32,000 nt of DNA from Clostridia bacterium. GTDB lineage: Bacteria > Bacillota > Clostridia > TANB77 > CAG-465. Positions within the stretch are counted from its first letter, which is position 1, and each line of letters starts with the position of its first letter. The translations under genes were made by a program, and so were the position numbers. The stretch spans positions 1 through 32,000 of the forward strand of contig JAVXAF010000002.1 of the NCBI GenBank assembly GCA_036660635.1, written 5' to 3'. Below, piece by piece: positions 8,091-17,960 of this stretch. Below the pieces are notes generated by a model that saw only the letters and a list, made by a program, of their open reading frames with translations, made no database searches and was not told the origin of the DNA.

Positions 8091-8172
8091 ATATGTACTC
8101 CTCTTAAATCAATTTATGTTTTTAACTTTTTTACATTATATCACATTTTACGCAATTTTCAAGAATATCCCC

Positions 8173-8201
8173 TTGCTTTTTTGTTTTTTTTCTAGTATAA
8201 T
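8173..8201 (+). promoter_or_regulatory. Sigma-A promoter of gyrA
   Basis: TTGCTT-17 nt-TATAAT. A GGAGG Shine-Dalgarno precedes ATG 8232. Confidence 0.5.
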
Positions 8202-8231
8202 GATAAAGTATAATGATGGAGGTATATAATA

Positions 8232-10691
8232 ATGGACGTTAATGACGAGAACTTCTTGAAGGCACAAAAAATTGTACCTGTTAAAATTGAAGATGAAATG
8301 AAAAAATCATATATAGATTATGCTATGAGTGTAATTGTGGCACGTGCGCTACCAGATGTTAGAGATGGTATGAAACCAGTTCACAGAAGAATTTTATATG
8401 TTATGCATGAATTATCTTTATGGCCTGAAAGAGGATATAGAAAATCCGCAAGTATAGTCGGAGATGTTATGGGTAATTATCACCCACATGGAGATGCTGC
8501 AATTTATGACGCGCTTGTTCGTATGTCACAAGATTTTTCGCTAAGATATCCAGTAGTAAATGGTCATGGAAACTTTGGATCAATAGATAATGATCCACCT
8601 GCTGCAATGAGGTATACAGAAGCAAAACTGCAAAAAATAGCTTTAGAAATGCTAAATGATTTAGATAAAGATACAGTTAATTTTATACCAAATTATGATG
8701 ATAGATTGAAAGAACCATCAGTTTTACCAGCAAAATTACCATATTTATTAGTAAACGGTGCATATGGAATTGCAGTTGGTATGGCTTGTAACATTCCACC
8801 TCATAATATAACTGAGGTAATAAATGGAATTGAAGCTCAAATAGATAATCCTGATATAACAAATGAAGAATTAATACAATATATAAAAGGACCTGATTTT
8901 CCTACAGGTGGTACAATAGTTGGAAAAGAGGGTATAAAAAATGCATATACTACAGGTAGAGGAAAAGTGTGTGTAAGAGCAAAAGCAGAAATTGAAGAAG
9001 ACAGCAGAGGAAGATATAAAATAATTGTTAATGAAATTCCTTATCAAGTAAATAAAGCTGCATTAGTGGAAAATATAGCAAAATTAGTTCAAGAAAAGAC
9101 AATTGAAGGAATATCAGATTTAAGAGATGAATCTGATAGAACTGGACTTAGAGTTGTAATTGAACTTAAAAAAGATGCTAATCCTAACGTTGTTCTAAAT
9201 TTATTATATAAACATACTCAGCTTCAAACAACACAAAGTATGTTAATGCTTGCTTTAGTTGATGGACAACCAAAAGTTTTAAAATTAAACGAGATATTAT
9301 ATGCTTATATAGAGCATAGAAAAGAAATAGTTGTAAGAAGAACAAAGTTTGAACTTGCAAAAGCAGAAGCTAGACTACATATTTTAGAAGGCTTAAAAAT
9401 TGCACTTGATAATATTGATGAAATAATTAGAATTATTCGTGCATCATATGATAATGCTGCTCAAAAACTTATGGAAACATTTGGACTTTCTGAAATTCAA
9501 GCAACAGCAATTCTTGAAATGAAGCTAAGAACTTTACAAGGTTTACAAAGAGAAAAAATAGAAGAAGAGTATAAAAACTTAGTAGCATTAATTACTCACT
9601 TAAAAGGAATATTAGCTTCAGAAGAATTAGTTATGAATATAATAAAAGAAGAATTAGATGAATTAAAAACAGCTTATGGTGATGAGAGAAAAACTGATAT
9701 TATCCATGGTGAAGGGGATATAGACATAGAAAGCCTTATAAAAGAGGAAACAAATATTGTTACACTCACACATTTTGGATATATAAAAAGAATAGCTTCA
9801 GATGTTTACAGATCTCAAAAACGTGGTGGTAAGGGGCTTACTGCAATGAATACAAGAGAAGAAGATTTCGTAGAGCATTTATTTGTAACTTCAACCCATA
9901 ATTTTATAATGTTTTTTACAACTGCTGGTAGAGCATTTAGGCTTAAAGCTTATGAACTCCCAGAAGCGGGTAGAACAGCTAAGGGAACTGCAATAGTAAA
10001 CTTACTTCAACTTGCTCAAGGTGAAAAAATTGCAGCAGTTATTCCAGTAGCAAATTATACAGATGAGTTATATGTATTAATGGCTACTCAAAATGGTCTT
10101 ATTAAAAGAACAAAATTATCTGAGTATAGTAACATTAGAAAAACAGGAATTCAGGGTATTACTTTAAAAGATGATGATGAATTAATTGATGTAAGATTAA
10201 CTGACGGAAATAATGATATAATAATGGTTACAAAAAAAGGACTTTCAATTAGATTTGCTGAAGAAGAAGTAAGATCTGTTGGAAGAACATCTATGGGTGT
10301 AAAAGGAATTACATTGTCTAAAGATGATAAAGTTGTTGGCATGGAGCCTATAGCTTGTGATAAAGATTATATATTAGCAATTACAGAAAATGGTTTTGGT
10401 AAAAGAACAGAAGTGGAAGAATATAGACAACAAGGAAGAGGCGGAAAAGGAGTACTTACATATAAAACTACTTCAAAAACTGGCAAAATAATAGGAATTA
10501 AAGTTGTAAATGATAATGATGATATAATGATCATTACTGATACAGGAGTAATAATAAGAATAAAAGTAGAAGATATATCAGTACTTGGAAGAAATACTCA
10601 AGGTGTAACTCTTATGAGAACATCAGATGGTGGTAAGGTTATAAATATAGCTAAAATACTACAAGAAGAAGATGAAATAGTTGAAGAATAA
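8232..10691 (+). CDS. gyrA: DNA gyrase subunit A
   Basis: The QRDR reads [30 protein letters not shown]. The catalytic Tyr lies in [11 protein letters not shown] GyrA box SQKRGGKG is present in the C-terminal beta-pinwheel domain. Length is 819 aa. Confidence 0.95.
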   Translation: MDVNDENFLKAQKIVPVKIEDEMKKSYIDYAMSVIVARALPDVRDGMKPVHRRILYVMHELSLWPERGYRKSASIVGDVMGNYHPHGDAAIYDALVRMSQDFSLRYPVVNGHGNFGSIDNDPPAAMRYTEAKLQKIALEMLNDLDKDTVNFIPNYDDRLKEPSVLPAKLPYLLVNGAYGIAVGMACNIPPHNITEVINGIEAQIDNPDITNEELIQYIKGPDFPTGGTIVGKEGIKNAYTTGRGKVCVRAKAEIEEDSRGRYKIIVNEIPYQVNKAALVENIAKLVQEKTIEGISDLRDESDRTGLRVVIELKKDANPNVVLNLLYKHTQLQTTQSMLMLALVDGQPKVLKLNEILYAYIEHRKEIVVRRTKFELAKAEARLHILEGLKIALDNIDEIIRIIRASYDNAAQKLMETFGLSEIQATAILEMKLRTLQGLQREKIEEEYKNLVALITHLKGILASEELVMNIIKEELDELKTAYGDERKTDIIHGEGDIDIESLIKEETNIVTLTHFGYIKRIASDVYRSQKRGGKGLTAMNTREEDFVEHLFVTSTHNFIMFFTTAGRAFRLKAYELPEAGRTAKGTAIVNLLQLAQGEKIAAVIPVANYTDELYVLMATQNGLIKRTKLSEYSNIRKTGIQGITLKDDDELIDVRLTDGNNDIIMVTKKGLSIRFAEEEVRSVGRTSMGVKGITLSKDDKVVGMEPIACDKDYILAITENGFGKRTEVEEYRQQGRGGKGVLTYKTTSKTGKIIGIKVVNDNDDIMIITDTGVIIRIKVEDISVLGRNTQGVTLMRTSDGGKVINIAKILQEEDEIVEE

Positions 10692-10748
10692 GAGAAAAAT
10701 AAAATATGAAATCTTTACTTGTTTAAGAAAATGTGATATAATTTATAT

Positions 10749-11069
10749 GTATTTCTGATAGTCGCATGCTTTGCATGAGGAAAGTCCGGACACCATAGGG
10801 CAATAGTGCTAGATAACGTCTAGTGGGAGAGATCCTAAGGAAAGTGCAACAGAAAAATAACCGCCAGTAATGGTAAGGGTGAAAACGCGAGGTAAGAGCT
10901 CACGAACTTTTATGGAGACATAGAAGTGGTGTAAACCCCACTTGGTGCAACACCAAAAATAGAAAGGTTAAGACTGCCCGTCATCTTTCGTGGTTGGTGG
11001 CTTGAAGTATATAGTGATATATATTCTAGATAAATGACTATCTAATACAGAATCCGGCTTATGAAATAC
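10749..11069 (+). ncRNA. rnpB: RNase P RNA
   Basis: Conserved P4 strands GAGGAAAGTCCGGAC and ACAGAATCCGGCTTA are present, as are GGTAAGGGTGAAA and GGTAAGAGCTCAC. P1 pairs GTATTTC (10749..10755) with GAAATAC (11063..11069). P2 pairs GATAGTC with GACTATC. Confidence 0.92.
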
Positions 11070-11070
11070 T

Positions 11071-11100
11071 AAAGGCTCATGAAAATGAGCCTTTATTTTA
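11071..11100 (+). terminator. Rho-independent terminator of rnpB
   Basis: AAAGGCTCAT-GAAA-ATGAGCCTTT, a perfect 10 bp stem, followed by ATTTTA. Confidence 0.8.
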
Positions 11101-11120
11101 TGTAAAAATAAATGTTTTTA

Positions 11121-11149
11121 TTGACAACACAATCTTGGAGTGATATAAG
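11121..11149 (+). promoter_or_regulatory. Sigma-A promoter (extended -10) of the clpX-like gene
   Basis: TTGACA-17 nt-TATAAG with TGn immediately upstream of the -10. It lies downstream of the ORF-track start at 11112, which supports ATG 11202 as the real start. Confidence 0.55.
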
Positions 11150-11201
11150 TAAGGTATCTAAAAAATCAAATCTTTTGATTAATATTAAAGGAGGCATTAA
11201 A

Positions 11202-12458
11202 ATGAAGAAAGTAACGTATCATAAGGTGGCTGGAACTGATTTGGAAAAACAAGTTTCAAATGAAAGCTTTTTTATTTGCTCATGCTGTAATAAACAAATT
11301 CAAGGAATAAGTAATTCTTTGGTTTGCGGATCAGCAATTTTTTGTGAAAAGTGCTATGTGAAAATTGTTGACAATATGCTTGATAACATATTTGGAGAAC
11401 AAGTAGCTGAAATTAAATATGTACAAAATGCAGAGAAAGTAAAAAAAATAAACGTAAAAGTTGCAAAAAAAGATCTTACACCTAATGAAGTTTTACAAAG
11501 TGTTTTAAAAGATATAAAAGGTCAAGACAATAATATTGAAACTTTAATATCGGTGTTAAATAAAAATTTTAACACTGAGGATTGTGAATTTAAAAGCAAT
11601 ATTATTATTGTTGGTAAGACAGGGACTGGCAAAACAGCAACACTTAAAAACATCTTCAAACTTTTAGATGTGCCATATATAATAGCAAATTCAGCTTCTT
11701 TTTCTAAAGCTGGTTTTGTAGGAAAACCTGTAGCAACAATTATACATGATTTAATTAATAAAAATAATGGTAATATTGAAAAAGCACAAAAAGGTGTAAT
11801 TATTTTAGATGAGTTTGATAAATTATCTTCTAATTCAACAAACGGTAAGGAAGATATTAAAGAAGGAGCACAACAAGAACTTTTAAAACTAGTTGAAGGA
11901 ACTAAAATAACAATTCAAGACCAAAATGGATCGCTTAAAGAATTTGATACTAGTAAAATTACTTTTATTGGACTTGGAGCTTTTCCATATTTGTATGATC
12001 AAAGAGAACAGAAAACTAAATCTAAAAAAATGGGATTTTTTGATTTACAAACAGAATTTTCTAATAACGAAAAGCAAAAATTTGTGCTTGAAGATTTTTT
12101 AAAAGCTGGATTGATGTCAGAACTTATTGGAAGGTTTTCAATGGTTATAGAATGGAATTCACTTGATGTAAAAGCAATAAAAGAAATAATTGTTAATTCT
12201 GAATCATCTCAATTTACTAAGATGCAGAAATATCTTAAATCTAAAAATATTGATCTTGTGATAAAAAAAGGCACAATAGATAAGATGGCTGCAGAAGCAG
12301 AGTCTTTTGGTACCGGTGGAAGAGCAGTAAAGAAAATAGTTGACGAGATATTTTCTGAAATTCTAAAAAAGCTAACTTTTTTAGAAAACAAAGATATAAG
12401 CAAATGTATTATATCTGAAGAAACAATAATAGACCCTAAAAATTTTAAATTTAAGTGA
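11202..12458 (+). CDS. ClpX-like AAA+ unfoldase, divergent paralogue
   Basis: An AAAGGAGG Shine-Dalgarno precedes ATG 11202. The N-terminal C4 zinc ribbon is CSCC...CEKC. Walker A is GKTGTGKT and LLDVPYIIANSASFSKAGFVG aligns to ClpX LLDVPF..ADAT.LTEAGYVGED. Walker B is ILDEFDK. MGFF sits at the IGF-loop position and ELIGRF is present. Confidence 0.7.
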   Translation: MKKVTYHKVAGTDLEKQVSNESFFICSCCNKQIQGISNSLVCGSAIFCEKCYVKIVDNMLDNIFGEQVAEIKYVQNAEKVKKINVKVAKKDLTPNEVLQSVLKDIKGQDNNIETLISVLNKNFNTEDCEFKSNIIIVGKTGTGKTATLKNIFKLLDVPYIIANSASFSKAGFVGKPVATIIHDLINKNNGNIEKAQKGVIILDEFDKLSSNSTNGKEDIKEGAQQELLKLVEGTKITIQDQNGSLKEFDTSKITFIGLGAFPYLYDQREQKTKSKKMGFFDLQTEFSNNEKQKFVLEDFLKAGLMSELIGRFSMVIEWNSLDVKAIKEIIVNSESSQFTKMQKYLKSKNIDLVIKKGTIDKMAAEAESFGTGGRAVKKIVDEIFSEILKKLTFLENKDISKCIISEETIIDPKNFKFK

Positions 12459-12464
12459 TTTTTT

Positions 12465-12495
12465 AAAAGTGGGCTTCATAATGAAGTCCACTTTT
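12465..12495 (+). terminator. Terminator of the clpX-like gene
   Basis: AAAAGTGGGCTTCA..TGAAGTCCACTTTT, a long stem with one G.U pair, followed by AAGTTTT. Confidence 0.6.
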
Positions 12496-12635
12496 AAGTT
12501 TTAGAAATATGTAGAAAAATGTCGATATAAAGTACGTCAAGTTGACAAGACTTTTATTGACATTTTTTTTCTTTTGTAATATACTTGTCTTATAATATAG
12601 TTTGTGATGTTATATAATGGAAAGAAGGAAAGAAT

Positions 12636-13334
12636 ATGGAATTTAAAGCAAATCCAGAAAAAAAAATAGAGATAGAAGTAAATGGAGAGGTCTTTTTAAG
12701 AAATGCGATCGAAACACATTATGTTCAGATAGGTGAAGATTATATTAAGATAATAGAAAAATATGTAAAAGATATATATGAATCAGGTGATATAGTTTCA
12801 ATAAGTGAAAAAATAATAGGGCTTTGCCAAAAAAGAGTTGTATACAAAAAAGATATGAAAGTTACCTCACTTGCAAAATTTTTATCTAAGTTTGCAATGA
12901 GGAGTGATGCAGGTGTTGGTGTTGATAATCCGTATAAAATGCAATTTGCAATTGATCTTTGTGGAAGATTAAAAGTTATTTGGGCAGCTATTGCAGGAGG
13001 GATATGTAAAATTTTCCATAGAAAAGGAGTTTTTTATGAAATCGTAGGACCAGAAATAAGTGGATTAGATGGATTTTATGGAAATGTATTTGAAGACTAT
13101 GCAAAATTTGGGATAAGAATACCAGAAAATTCTACTGGTGTGTGTAATGAAATTTATGATAAACTTGGAATAAGATGTATGATAGTTGATGCAAATGATT
13201 TTAATGTTGAAATATTAGGAAAAGCAGATGTAATATCTGAGTACGATGAAGATACTTTAAAAAAGATGATAAAAGACAATCCTGCTGGTCAAGCCAAAAC
13301 GCTTACTCCACTTGTTTTGATAAGAAAAAAATAG
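12636..13334 (+). CDS. CofE-like (F420-0:gamma-glutamyl ligase superfamily) protein; physiological role unknown
   Basis: The call rests on size (232 aa) and recalled family pattern: GDIVSISEKIIGLCQKR, a Gly-rich centre, and IVDANDF. It needs HMM confirmation. Confidence 0.35.
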   Translation: MEFKANPEKKIEIEVNGEVFLRNAIETHYVQIGEDYIKIIEKYVKDIYESGDIVSISEKIIGLCQKRVVYKKDMKVTSLAKFLSKFAMRSDAGVGVDNPYKMQFAIDLCGRLKVIWAAIAGGICKIFHRKGVFYEIVGPEISGLDGFYGNVFEDYAKFGIRIPENSTGVCNEIYDKLGIRCMIVDANDFNVEILGKADVISEYDEDTLKKMIKDNPAGQAKTLTPLVLIRKK

Positions 13335-13362
13335 CTGTGTAATTTTAATTTTGGAGGCATTT

Positions 13363-15066
13363 ATGAAAAAAGAAAAATTCGAAGAAGATAAATTATCAAA
13401 TGATAATTTAAAAATGCCTTTAGAAGATAACTTAGAGGCTGATATAAAAAATAATAATATTAGTGATGAAGTAGAGATATCTACTTTTGAAAAAAATGTA
13501 TTAAATAGAGGCTCAAAAAAAATAGCTTTTATAATATTAGTTTGTGTATTAGATTTAGTAATACTTTTTGGTATTATTTTTTCGATAAATAAATTGAATG
13601 AAAATGTATATAAAAATGTTTTTTTACTAGGAAAGGATATAAGTGGCAAAAATTTTAACCAAGTAGTAGAAATATTAAAAAGTGATAAAGAAAAAAGCGG
13701 CCAAAATTTATTACTTATTGTTTGTGAAGGAAATAATGAAATATATAGAATAAATAGTAACGATATAGATTTTAATATTGATATACAGCAAACTGCAAAA
13801 AAAGTATTTGATTTTGGAAGAGATAGTAATTTGTTTAAAAATAATTTTTGTATAATTAAAACATTAATTACTAAAAAAAATATTGAGCCTATTTTTAAAT
13901 TTAATGAAGAAGAGTTAGATCTTATAATTAAAAATATTGATTTGACATTGGAAAATAGGAAAGTTGATGCTTCATATAGTATAGACCCGATAAATCATAA
14001 GCTAATCATAAAAAATGGTGTAAAAGGTAATACTATTGATTATCAAGAAGTGAAAAATCAAATATTAAACTCATTTAAAAATTTTAAACAAGAAAAAATA
14101 AATTTAAATGTTATTATCGCACCACCAAATAAATTAAATGAAGAGGATGTTTATAAAAAAGTAAGGTGCGATCCAATAGATGCTTACATTGACGAGAGTG
14201 TATCACCATATAAATTTATATCAGAAGTAGTTGGATATGATTTTGATCAAGAAGAACTAAAAAAAGTACTAGAAAAAAATACTAATGAAGGTGAGAATAT
14301 AGAATTCACGTTAAATGTTATAGAACCTAAAGTAAAACTTTCTGATATAACATACAAGTTATATAATGATAAATTAGCTGGGTATACTACGTATTTTGAC
14401 CCAAGCCAGTCGGCAAGGGCCAAAAACTTAAGTATTGCACTACAATATTTAAATGGAAAAGTTATTATGCCTGGTGAGACATTTTCATATAATAAAACGG
14501 TAGGAGATATTACTAGTTCGAAAGGATATTTACCTGCTGCAACATTTAAAGGTGGTACAGTTGTAAATGAAGTCGGTGGTGGAATATGCCAAACCAGTTC
14601 GACGTTATACAATGTATCCTTAATGGCAAATATGGAAATAGTAGAAAGGCATCAACATGGATTGCCTGTGGGATATGTGCCTCCAAGTAGAGATGCAACG
14701 GTATATTTTCCGGTTTTAGATTTCAAATTTAAAAATACAAGAAAATATCCTGTTAAAATAGTTACTTCTTTTAGCTTTGGAGGAACAGTAAATATTTCTA
14801 TATTTGGAACAAAAGAACAAACTGAGTATAATATTGTTTTATCAAATAAATACATTAGTACAATAAATTATCCAACAAAATATATTTATGATGAAACTTT
14901 ACCAGAAGGAGAACAGCAAGTGATTTCGAATGGAGTTAATGGATATGTATCAGAGTCATATTTAACTAAATACTTAAACGGGAAATATATTACTTCATAT
15001 ATGTTATCAAAAGACACATATAATCCACAAATAGCACTAGTAAAGCTAGGAACATTAAAAAAGTAA
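13363..15066 (+). CDS. VanW-domain / G5-domain membrane-anchored protein (possible L,D-transpeptidase class)
   Basis: GGAGG (13353..13357) precedes ATG 13363. There is an N-terminal TM segment. The VanW core reads PGETFSYNKTVG...GGGICQTSSTLYN...ERHQH. A C-terminal G5-like segment reads LPEGEQQVISNGVNGY. Confidence 0.8.
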   Translation: MKKEKFEEDKLSNDNLKMPLEDNLEADIKNNNISDEVEISTFEKNVLNRGSKKIAFIILVCVLDLVILFGIIFSINKLNENVYKNVFLLGKDISGKNFNQVVEILKSDKEKSGQNLLLIVCEGNNEIYRINSNDIDFNIDIQQTAKKVFDFGRDSNLFKNNFCIIKTLITKKNIEPIFKFNEEELDLIIKNIDLTLENRKVDASYSIDPINHKLIIKNGVKGNTIDYQEVKNQILNSFKNFKQEKINLNVIIAPPNKLNEEDVYKKVRCDPIDAYIDESVSPYKFISEVVGYDFDQEELKKVLEKNTNEGENIEFTLNVIEPKVKLSDITYKLYNDKLAGYTTYFDPSQSARAKNLSIALQYLNGKVIMPGETFSYNKTVGDITSSKGYLPAATFKGGTVVNEVGGGICQTSSTLYNVSLMANMEIVERHQHGLPVGYVPPSRDATVYFPVLDFKFKNTRKYPVKIVTSFSFGGTVNISIFGTKEQTEYNIVLSNKYISTINYPTKYIYDETLPEGEQQVISNGVNGYVSESYLTKYLNGKYITSYMLSKDTYNPQIALVKLGTLKK

Positions 15067-15165
15067 AAAATGTTTACATAATAATCAAAAAATGTTGCAT
15101 TATGTAAATAAATATAGTATAATAATAATAGACCAGATTTTTTAATCTGAGAAAGAGGTAGTAAA

Positions 15166-15693
15166 ATGGAACCTTTAATACAAATGAATAAATTTGAGGT
15201 TGTCGATATGCCTGGAATGAATACAATTGCATTTTTAGTAGAAAAAGATGAAGAGGCTTATCAAAAAGGAAATTCACTTTTATCACTACAAAAAATAGAT
15301 TGTATAGATACTCAAGAAGAAGGAAAAATAAAAAAAACTTTTAATGTTATAAAAACAGAAGAAGATGAAAATCAATTAATAGTACTTCTTACACTCACAA
15401 ATTCAAAAGCTATTTTGAATACAGGTGAACTTACAAGTGAAGGATTCAAGGCTACAGAAAAAAATGTACCATTAAATTATGGTTCTATTTATAATCAAGA
15501 TGGCGTTGAATATAAAGAAGTAGAGTATACACCAAGTATGAAAAGACATTTTTCAATAATAGATACTCAAACTGGTGATGAGGTTAGACCAATGTTGTAT
15601 ACTGATCAAGTAACAGGTAAGATTAAAGGAAAATGCAAATTATTACCGCAAAAGCCATATATTGTATTAGAATTAAAATACGAAGAAAAATAA
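15166..15693 (+). CDS. Hypothetical cytoplasmic protein (175 aa)
   Basis: An AGAGG Shine-Dalgarno lies 9 nt upstream. The ORF is acidic and non-hydrophobic, with no recognisable motif. Confidence 0.5.
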   Translation: MEPLIQMNKFEVVDMPGMNTIAFLVEKDEEAYQKGNSLLSLQKIDCIDTQEEGKIKKTFNVIKTEEDENQLIVLLTLTNSKAILNTGELTSEGFKATEKNVPLNYGSIYNQDGVEYKEVEYTPSMKRHFSIIDTQTGDEVRPMLYTDQVTGKIKGKCKLLPQKPYIVLELKYEEK

Positions 15694-15735
15694 ATATATA
15701 ATTATATGTAGAATTAAATAAGGAGGAATTATATA

Positions 15736-15897
15736 ATGGGAAAGGTTATTGTTAGTGCTTGTGGAGCAACGATAAAAGAAAATGATGAATTATTAGAACT
15801 TATCGGCAAACCTGTAAAAATAAAAATTGGGAATTTATCACTAAATAAAAAGGAACTAAAAAATAAATCTGATAAATCTGATGATATGATAGTATAA
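15736..15897 (+). CDS. Small hypothetical protein (53 aa), below the ORF-track threshold
   Basis: An AAGGAGG Shine-Dalgarno (15720..15726) lies 9 nt before the ATG. The translation is MGKVIVSACGATIKENDELLELIGKPVKIKIGNLSLNKKELKNKSDKSDDMIV. Confidence 0.45.
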   Translation: MGKVIVSACGATIKENDELLELIGKPVKIKIGNLSLNKKELKNKSDKSDDMIV

Positions 15898-15949
15898 CAT
15901 CTATTTTGTTTTAATATAAGAGGTTAACAAAAGAAGACGAGGTTTTAAT

Positions 15950-17923
15950 ATGAAAAATAAATTAAACAAATTAAAAAGGGAAGCTATACCGTTCATAATA
16001 GTCTATATTCTATTTATTTTAATAGTTATAGGCTCTTTTGTCGTAACGGCCAAAAGTGTGGCGGAAGGAGCAAACTCATTTGATAAAATAAGTAGTATAA
16101 TGAGTGGATTTGTACCAAATATAACAAACTTTAAATTTTTGAGTGCGATATTTGTGGATTTTACAAGCTTTATTAACGCATCATTTTGGTCTTTACTTAT
16201 CTTTATTGGTATGTTTATAGCATGGAAAATTAAATTTGCACAAAAGAATACTTATGATGGAATAGAACATGGATCAAGTGATTGGAGTAAGAACGGCGAA
16301 GAATTTGACAAAACTTCTGATGGGAAAGAGATTTTAAATAAAAAGGGTGGATTTATACTTAGTAAAAATCATTATTTGGGAACTGGTTTAAGAAGCGTAT
16401 TAATTAATAAGAATGTTCTTGTTGTTGGTGGATCTGGTTCCGGTAAAACAGCTTGTTACGTTAAACCTAATATACTACAATGTTTAGGCTCATATGTAAT
16501 AACAGATCCCAAAGGAGAACTATATAGAGATATGTCTGGATTTTTGAAGGCTAATGGATATGAAGTTAAAGCTTTTAATTTAGTTAATCCGGAATATAGT
16601 GACAGATACAACCCTTTAATGCATATAGTAGATCATAAAAGTGTTGATATACTTGCAGAAACAATTGTACAAGGAGCTAAAAAAGGTACAAGTGGCAGCA
16701 ATGATCCATTTTGGGATGATACTGCAAAAATGTTGCTTAAAGCTTGTATTTATTATGTAATATCTGTACTTCCAGAAGAAGAACAAAATATTTCTAGCTG
16801 CCTTAATATAATAAGAGCAGGTGGTGCTGATGATAGTGTATTTAAAAAATTATTTTTAGATGAGCTAAAGCCTGAACATCCTGGTAGAAAAGAGTATGAA
16901 AACTTTAGTACTTCAGCTGATAAAACCATGCAAAGCATAGTCATTTCAACTATTGCAAAGATTAGTACTTTTGATACACCAGCAATGCAAAAAATAACAA
17001 CATCAAATAATATTAATTTTGATGATCTTGGAAAAAAGAAACTTGCAATTTTTGTAATAACATCAACGTCTGATAGTACATATGATTTTATATCAACAAT
17101 GTTTTTTAGTCAAATGTTGCAAAAGTTATTTTTACAAGCAGATAATTGTGGTGGAACTTTAAAAAATCAAGTATATTTTTTGTTAGATGAATTTCCAAAT
17201 ATTGGCCAAATACCAGATTTTTCTAAAAAATTAAGTGTAACAAGAAGTATGGGAATTAGTATTTCAATTATTGTGCAAGCATTAGATCAATTAGAGTCTT
17301 TATATAAAGAACAGTATGAAATTATAATAGGTAACTGTGATACACAAATATTTTTAGGGAGTCAATCAATAAAAACATGTGAATATTTTTCAAAGAGTTT
17401 AGGGCAAAAAACAATCACATATAAAAGTAGATCTGTAAGTAAAGATAAAGATGAATGGAACAAACAAGGAGTATCTATTAGTGAACAAAAGCAAGGCAGA
17501 GAATTAATGACAATTGATGAACTAAAAAGGCTAGATCCTAATGAGGAGATTTTGGTAGTACGAACATTAAAGCCAATAAAGGCTAAAAAGTATTGGTATT
17601 ATAAGTTACATCCAAGACGTACTGAGTCAATAAAGTATGAAATTCATGATATAAGTGAAATGCCAAAGACTGAAGATGTAGAAGTTAAAATTATGAACGT
17701 AGAACAACATTTAAATAAAAGAACACAACTTGCCAAAGAAAGAATGAAAGAACAAAGACAAAATGAAGTTGTAAATGAAATAGAAATAATAGATGTAGAA
17801 AACAAATCTGAACAAAAGCAAGACATTAATAAACCTAAAGAAAAAGAAGGAACTATTGATTTACAAAAAGAACTAGAAAAAAAGTTTGATGAACTTTTTG
17901 GAAGTAGTAATAATAATGATTAA
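15950..17923 (+). CDS. VirD4/TraG-type type IV secretion coupling protein
   Basis: Two N-terminal TM helices are followed by EHGSSDWS (the GSARWA-like motif). Walker A is VVGGSGSGKT, then ITDPKGE, DPFWDD, Walker B YFLLDEFPNIG, and IVQALDQL. The C-terminal tail is charged. Confidence 0.88.
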   Translation: MKNKLNKLKREAIPFIIVYILFILIVIGSFVVTAKSVAEGANSFDKISSIMSGFVPNITNFKFLSAIFVDFTSFINASFWSLLIFIGMFIAWKIKFAQKNTYDGIEHGSSDWSKNGEEFDKTSDGKEILNKKGGFILSKNHYLGTGLRSVLINKNVLVVGGSGSGKTACYVKPNILQCLGSYVITDPKGELYRDMSGFLKANGYEVKAFNLVNPEYSDRYNPLMHIVDHKSVDILAETIVQGAKKGTSGSNDPFWDDTAKMLLKACIYYVISVLPEEEQNISSCLNIIRAGGADDSVFKKLFLDELKPEHPGRKEYENFSTSADKTMQSIVISTIAKISTFDTPAMQKITTSNNINFDDLGKKKLAIFVITSTSDSTYDFISTMFFSQMLQKLFLQADNCGGTLKNQVYFLLDEFPNIGQIPDFSKKLSVTRSMGISISIIVQALDQLESLYKEQYEIIIGNCDTQIFLGSQSIKTCEYFSKSLGQKTITYKSRSVSKDKDEWNKQGVSISEQKQGRELMTIDELKRLDPNEEILVVRTLKPIKAKKYWYYKLHPRRTESIKYEIHDISEMPKTEDVEVKIMNVEQHLNKRTQLAKERMKEQRQNEVVNEIEIIDVENKSEQKQDINKPKEKEGTIDLQKELEKKFDELFGSSNNND

Positions 17924-17924
17924 A

Positions 17925-17960
17925 TTAAATCTCACCACAATTCATTGCGGTGAGATTTAA
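17925..17960. terminator. Bidirectional hairpin terminator between convergent genes
   Basis: A perfect 12 bp stem, TTAAATCTCACC...GGTGAGATTTAA, with a 12 nt loop. Confidence 0.6.

Noticed and set aside
8232-10691. The possibility that this is ParC (topoisomerase IV subunit A) rather than GyrA, given the missing gyrB.
   Set aside because: A GyrA-box (QKRGGKG) is present at the start of the C-terminal domain. ParC proteins lack this motif.
11112-11201. Upstream extensions offered by the ORF track for the clpX-like gene. The same applies to dnaX (19043), walR (24640), vanW (13351) and the 275-aa ORF (29887).
   Set aside because: In each case a strong Shine-Dalgarno precedes an internal ATG. 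For clpX-like the promoter lies inside the extension, and for the 275-aa ORF the extension runs into the att-like repeat.
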